A DNA stretch of 64,000 nucleotides from an uncultured Gemmatimonadales bacterium (GTDB lineage Bacteria; Gemmatimonadota; Gemmatimonadetes; Longimicrobiales; Gaopeijiaceae). The notes beneath the pieces are model-generated. The model saw nothing but the letters and a program-made list of their open reading frames with translations. It made no database searches and had not been told where the DNA came from. The translations under genes were made by a program, and so were the position numbers. Each line of letters begins with the position of its first letter. Within the stretch, counting starts at the first letter, position 1. The stretch lies in the NCBI GenBank assembly GCA_963809895.1, contig CAWELD010000003.1, positions 3,488,001-3,552,000 on the forward strand, written 5' to 3'. This document shows, one piece after another, positions 61,101 to 64,000 of the stretch.

Positions 61101-62501
61101 ATGGCCCTGGTCCTGATCATCGACGACCACGACTCCATGCGCGAGGGACTCGAGCTGCTCCTTCGCCGCCGGGGACACCGTACGCTGTCCGCCGACGGTG
61201 GCAAGGAGGGACTCGAGCTCCTGGACGAGGGTCCCGACCTCGTCATCACCGACCTCAAGATGGCCCATGTCGACGGCATGGACGTGCTGCGTCACGTGAA
61301 GCGGGCATCGCCCGAGACCGAGGTCCTGGTCATCACCGGCTACGGCACCATCGAGAAGGCCGTGGAGGCCATGAAGCTGGGGGCGGCGGACTTCCTCACC
61401 AAGCCGTTCTCACCGGAGGAGTTCGGGGTCAAGGTCGACCGGCTCCTGAGCCAGCGCGAGGAACGCTCACGGCTGCGCGAAGAAAACGTCGCCCTGCGGG
61501 TGGAGAACGCCTACCTGAAAGAAGAGGCGGAAGCCCGCTACGGACGCATCGTGGGCGAGTCCACGGCCATGAAGGAGGTCTTCCGCTGGATCGACCGGGT
61601 CGCCCGCAGCCAGTCCACGGTGATGATCTACGGGGAGTCGGGCACCGGAAAGGAGCTCGTGGCCCGGGCCATCCACGCCGGCAGCGCCCGCCACGACGGT
61701 CCCTTCGTGCGGGTGAACTGTGGCGCCCTGGCGGAAGGTCTCCTGGATTCCGAGCTGTTCGGGCACGAGAAGGGAGCCTTCACCGGCGCCGAAAAGAAGC
61801 GCCGGGGGCGCTTCGAGCTGGCCGACGGCGGCACGCTCTTCCTGGACGAGATCTCCACGGTGTCGCCGGCGACCCAGGTCCGGCTCCTGCGCGTCCTGCA
61901 GGAGCGGGAGCTGGAGCGGGTCGGGGGCGAGGAGACCATCGAAGTGGACGTGCGTATCATCGCCGCCACCAATACCCCGGCCGAGGTGCTGCTGGGCCAC
62001 GACGGATTCCGCGAGGACCTCTACTACCGTCTGCATGTAGTACCGATCACCCTCCCGCCGCTCCGGGACAGGCTCGAGGACATCCCCCCGCTGGTCGAGC
62101 ACTTCGTGCAGAAGCTGAGGCAGCGCACCAACGCCTCGGTGTCCCAGGTGAGCCGGGACGCGCTCGACCGCTTGAGGGGCTACGCCTGGCCCGGGAACGT
62201 TCGAGAGCTGGAGAACGTGGTGGAGCGGGCGCTGGTGCTGGCCGAGGGCGACGTTCTCGGTCTCGAGGACCTGCCACCGCTGGGAGGCAACGGCAGGGCC
62301 AACCTGACGCCTGCTCCCGACGAGTCCGGGTTCCCCGAGACGGGCCTCGACCTGAACGAGGCCATGGAGGGGATGGAGGAGAGGCTCTTGAGGAAGGCGC
62401 TGGCTCAGGCCGGCGGCGTGAAGGCCGAGGCGGCGCGTTTGCTGGGCCTGAAGCCGAGCGCGCTCTACTACAAGCTGGAAAAGTACGGTATCGAGGCGTG
62501 A
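61101..62501 (+). CDS. sigma-54-dependent response regulator (NtrC/AtoC family)
   Basis: Receiver domain, [24 protein letters not shown], Fis-type HTH. Confidence 0.95.
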   Translation: MALVLIIDDHDSMREGLELLLRRRGHRTLSADGGKEGLELLDEGPDLVITDLKMAHVDGMDVLRHVKRASPETEVLVITGYGTIEKAVEAMKLGAADFLTKPFSPEEFGVKVDRLLSQREERSRLREENVALRVENAYLKEEAEARYGRIVGESTAMKEVFRWIDRVARSQSTVMIYGESGTGKELVARAIHAGSARHDGPFVRVNCGALAEGLLDSELFGHEKGAFTGAEKKRRGRFELADGGTLFLDEISTVSPATQVRLLRVLQERELERVGGEETIEVDVRIIAATNTPAEVLLGHDGFREDLYYRLHVVPITLPPLRDRLEDIPPLVEHFVQKLRQRTNASVSQVSRDALDRLRGYAWPGNVRELENVVERALVLAEGDVLGLEDLPPLGGNGRANLTPAPDESGFPETGLDLNEAMEGMEERLLRKALAQAGGVKAEAARLLGLKPSALYYKLEKYGIEA

Positions 62502-63469
62502 AGACGAGGATCCACGGGTGGCTTCCGCGGTTCGGGACGCCGGGAGGAGCGCTCCTCCCGGCGCTCTTCGTCATGCTCGTGGGTCTCGCCCCGCCGGCGG
62601 CGCGCGGCCAGGAGACGGCAGCCGTGGTGCAGCGGGACCTCGAGTACCGGGCGGCCCGTGACTCCTATCAGGCGGCGCTGCAGAATCTCCGGGCCCAGAA
62701 CAACGCCTTCGCCAGCATCCTGGACACGCTGGCGGGAGCGCGGCGCGGCGACGACGAGGAGCTGGTTCGCCAGTTGGAAGGTCAGGCGTACGGGTTCTCA
62801 CGGGAAATCGCTCGTCTGGATCGCCGGGTCCAGGAGCAGCGCGACAGCCTGGACAACGCCCGCAGCCGCTTGCTGGGGGCGTTGGACGATCGCCTGGATC
62901 GGGTGCAGTCCATGCTCTCCGAGAACCCGGTGCCCTCGGTTCGGCAGGACCTGGAGGCCGAGGCCCGCGACCTGCGGCGTCAGTACCTGGAGCTCGAGGC
63001 CGAGGGCGGCAACGTGCTCACGCCCCGCAACGTCATGTACCCCGCCATGCAGCCCTCGCCCCGGGACACGCCGGCGGACCTGCGCCTGAAGGTCCAGTTC
63101 GCCGAGCGCAAGGTGGAGGAGGCCAAGGCCCAGCTCGGTGAGGTGGATCGTCAGATCCAGCGATTGGAGAACCTGGTGCGCACGCAGCGGAGCGGCCGGG
63201 ACTTCATGGGACAGCTGAACCGTTTCGGCGACACCGAGGTGCCCACGGGTCCGCCGGGCCAGGCCCGCGAGCGGATCCAGGACCTGCCCACCGACACCAC
63301 CGGCGCCCTCTCCATCGAGGACCTCCCCCCCGAGCAGCGTCTCGAGGTCCTCCGACTCTTCCGGGAACAGGTGCAGGTGCAGATCGACGTCCTGGAGGAC
63401 CGGGTGCGCGTGCTCAAGGAGAGGCTTCCCCACACCGATGAAGCCATGGATGCGGAGGAGCCGAGGTGA
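62498..63469 (+). CDS. secreted coiled-coil hypothetical protein
   Basis: GTGA overlap with regulator stop; signal ending ARG-Q; long Q/E/R/L heptads. Confidence 0.75.
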   Translation: MKTRIHGWLPRFGTPGGALLPALFVMLVGLAPPAARGQETAAVVQRDLEYRAARDSYQAALQNLRAQNNAFASILDTLAGARRGDDEELVRQLEGQAYGFSREIARLDRRVQEQRDSLDNARSRLLGALDDRLDRVQSMLSENPVPSVRQDLEAEARDLRRQYLELEAEGGNVLTPRNVMYPAMQPSPRDTPADLRLKVQFAERKVEEAKAQLGEVDRQIQRLENLVRTQRSGRDFMGQLNRFGDTEVPTGPPGQARERIQDLPTDTTGALSIEDLPPEQRLEVLRLFREQVQVQIDVLEDRVRVLKERLPHTDEAMDAEEPR

Positions 63470-64000
63470 GGCGGCGCTGGAACCAGGGGCTGGCTGCGTT
63501 GGGCGTGATTGCCGCGCTGTCTCTGCCGGCGACGGCGCGTGCGCAGGTGCGCTGGCTGGACCTGGTTCTCACCGGGGGCGTCTCGGGCGAGGGATACGAG
63601 GGCAATCTCGCTTCCGCCACGGTGCCGGTGGTGGACAGCACCGACGAGGCACGGGCCGCCGTCGGCGAATTCGGCGTGCGCGGCGCGCTCGTGCTGCTGG
63701 AGCGTTCTTCCACCTTGCTGCAGGCCGATTTCGACCTGGGGATGCGCCAGTTCGCCGCCACCGGCTTCCAGGTGCGGGACTACGCGCCCAGGGAATGGGT
63801 CGGTCAGGCGGACCTGACCTACCGACAAGGGCTGGGGCGTGCCGGCGTCCTCTTCCTGGGCGCAGGCTTCACCGGGCGCTCGGTCACCGACCGGCCGCCC
63901 ATGCCCCTCTTTCTGCAGCCGGCCTACCAGCGGCTCACGGGCTCGGCGCGCTACCTCACGCCTTCCATCCAGGGCGTGCGCTTCGATGTGGTCGGCGGGG
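63466..64000 (+). CDS. secreted/outer-membrane hypothetical protein (3' truncated)
   Basis: GTGA overlap; VRRRWNQGLAALGVIAALSLPATARA-QVRWLDLVLTGG signal, then alternating beta-strand pattern; open to window end. Confidence 0.65.
   Translation, partial: MRRRWNQGLAALGVIAALSLPATARAQVRWLDLVLTGGVSGEGYEGNLASATVPVVDSTDEARAAVGEFGVRGALVLLERSSTLLQADFDLGMRQFAATGFQVRDYAPREWVGQADLTYRQGLGRAGVLFLGAGFTGRSVTDRPPMPLFLQPAYQRLTGSARYLTPSIQGVRFDVVGG

Overview
High-GC bacterial chromosome segment, probably Gemmatimonadota-like (inferred from gene style, not proven), that spans the replication origin. The core block is mnmG-acyP-mnmE-yidC-yidD-rnpA-rpmH divergent from dnaA-oriC-dnaN. oriC has DnaA boxes and CTA 'DnaA-trio' repeats. 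Nearby are three tandem parS sites, a parA-parB-M23-bactofilin operon and a second DnaA-box cluster about 12 kb from oriC. The left arm holds lipA-pdhABC/lpdA, ispH, several peptidases (one M28 gene is frameshifted), and a GAF-MBL-glcDE(fused)-glcF-M20-GNAT-NSAR/OSBS operon. It also holds an NtrY/NtrX-like system linked to an unusual Omp85-like protein and a DUF4390-like gene, and an orphan MshEN-PilB/GspE ATPase with a C-terminal double zinc ribbon. The right end has pyrE and a second sigma-54 two-component operon with envelope proteins. I saw no tRNA, rRNA, CRISPR array or mobile element. All calls come from motif recognition by eye; no searches were run.
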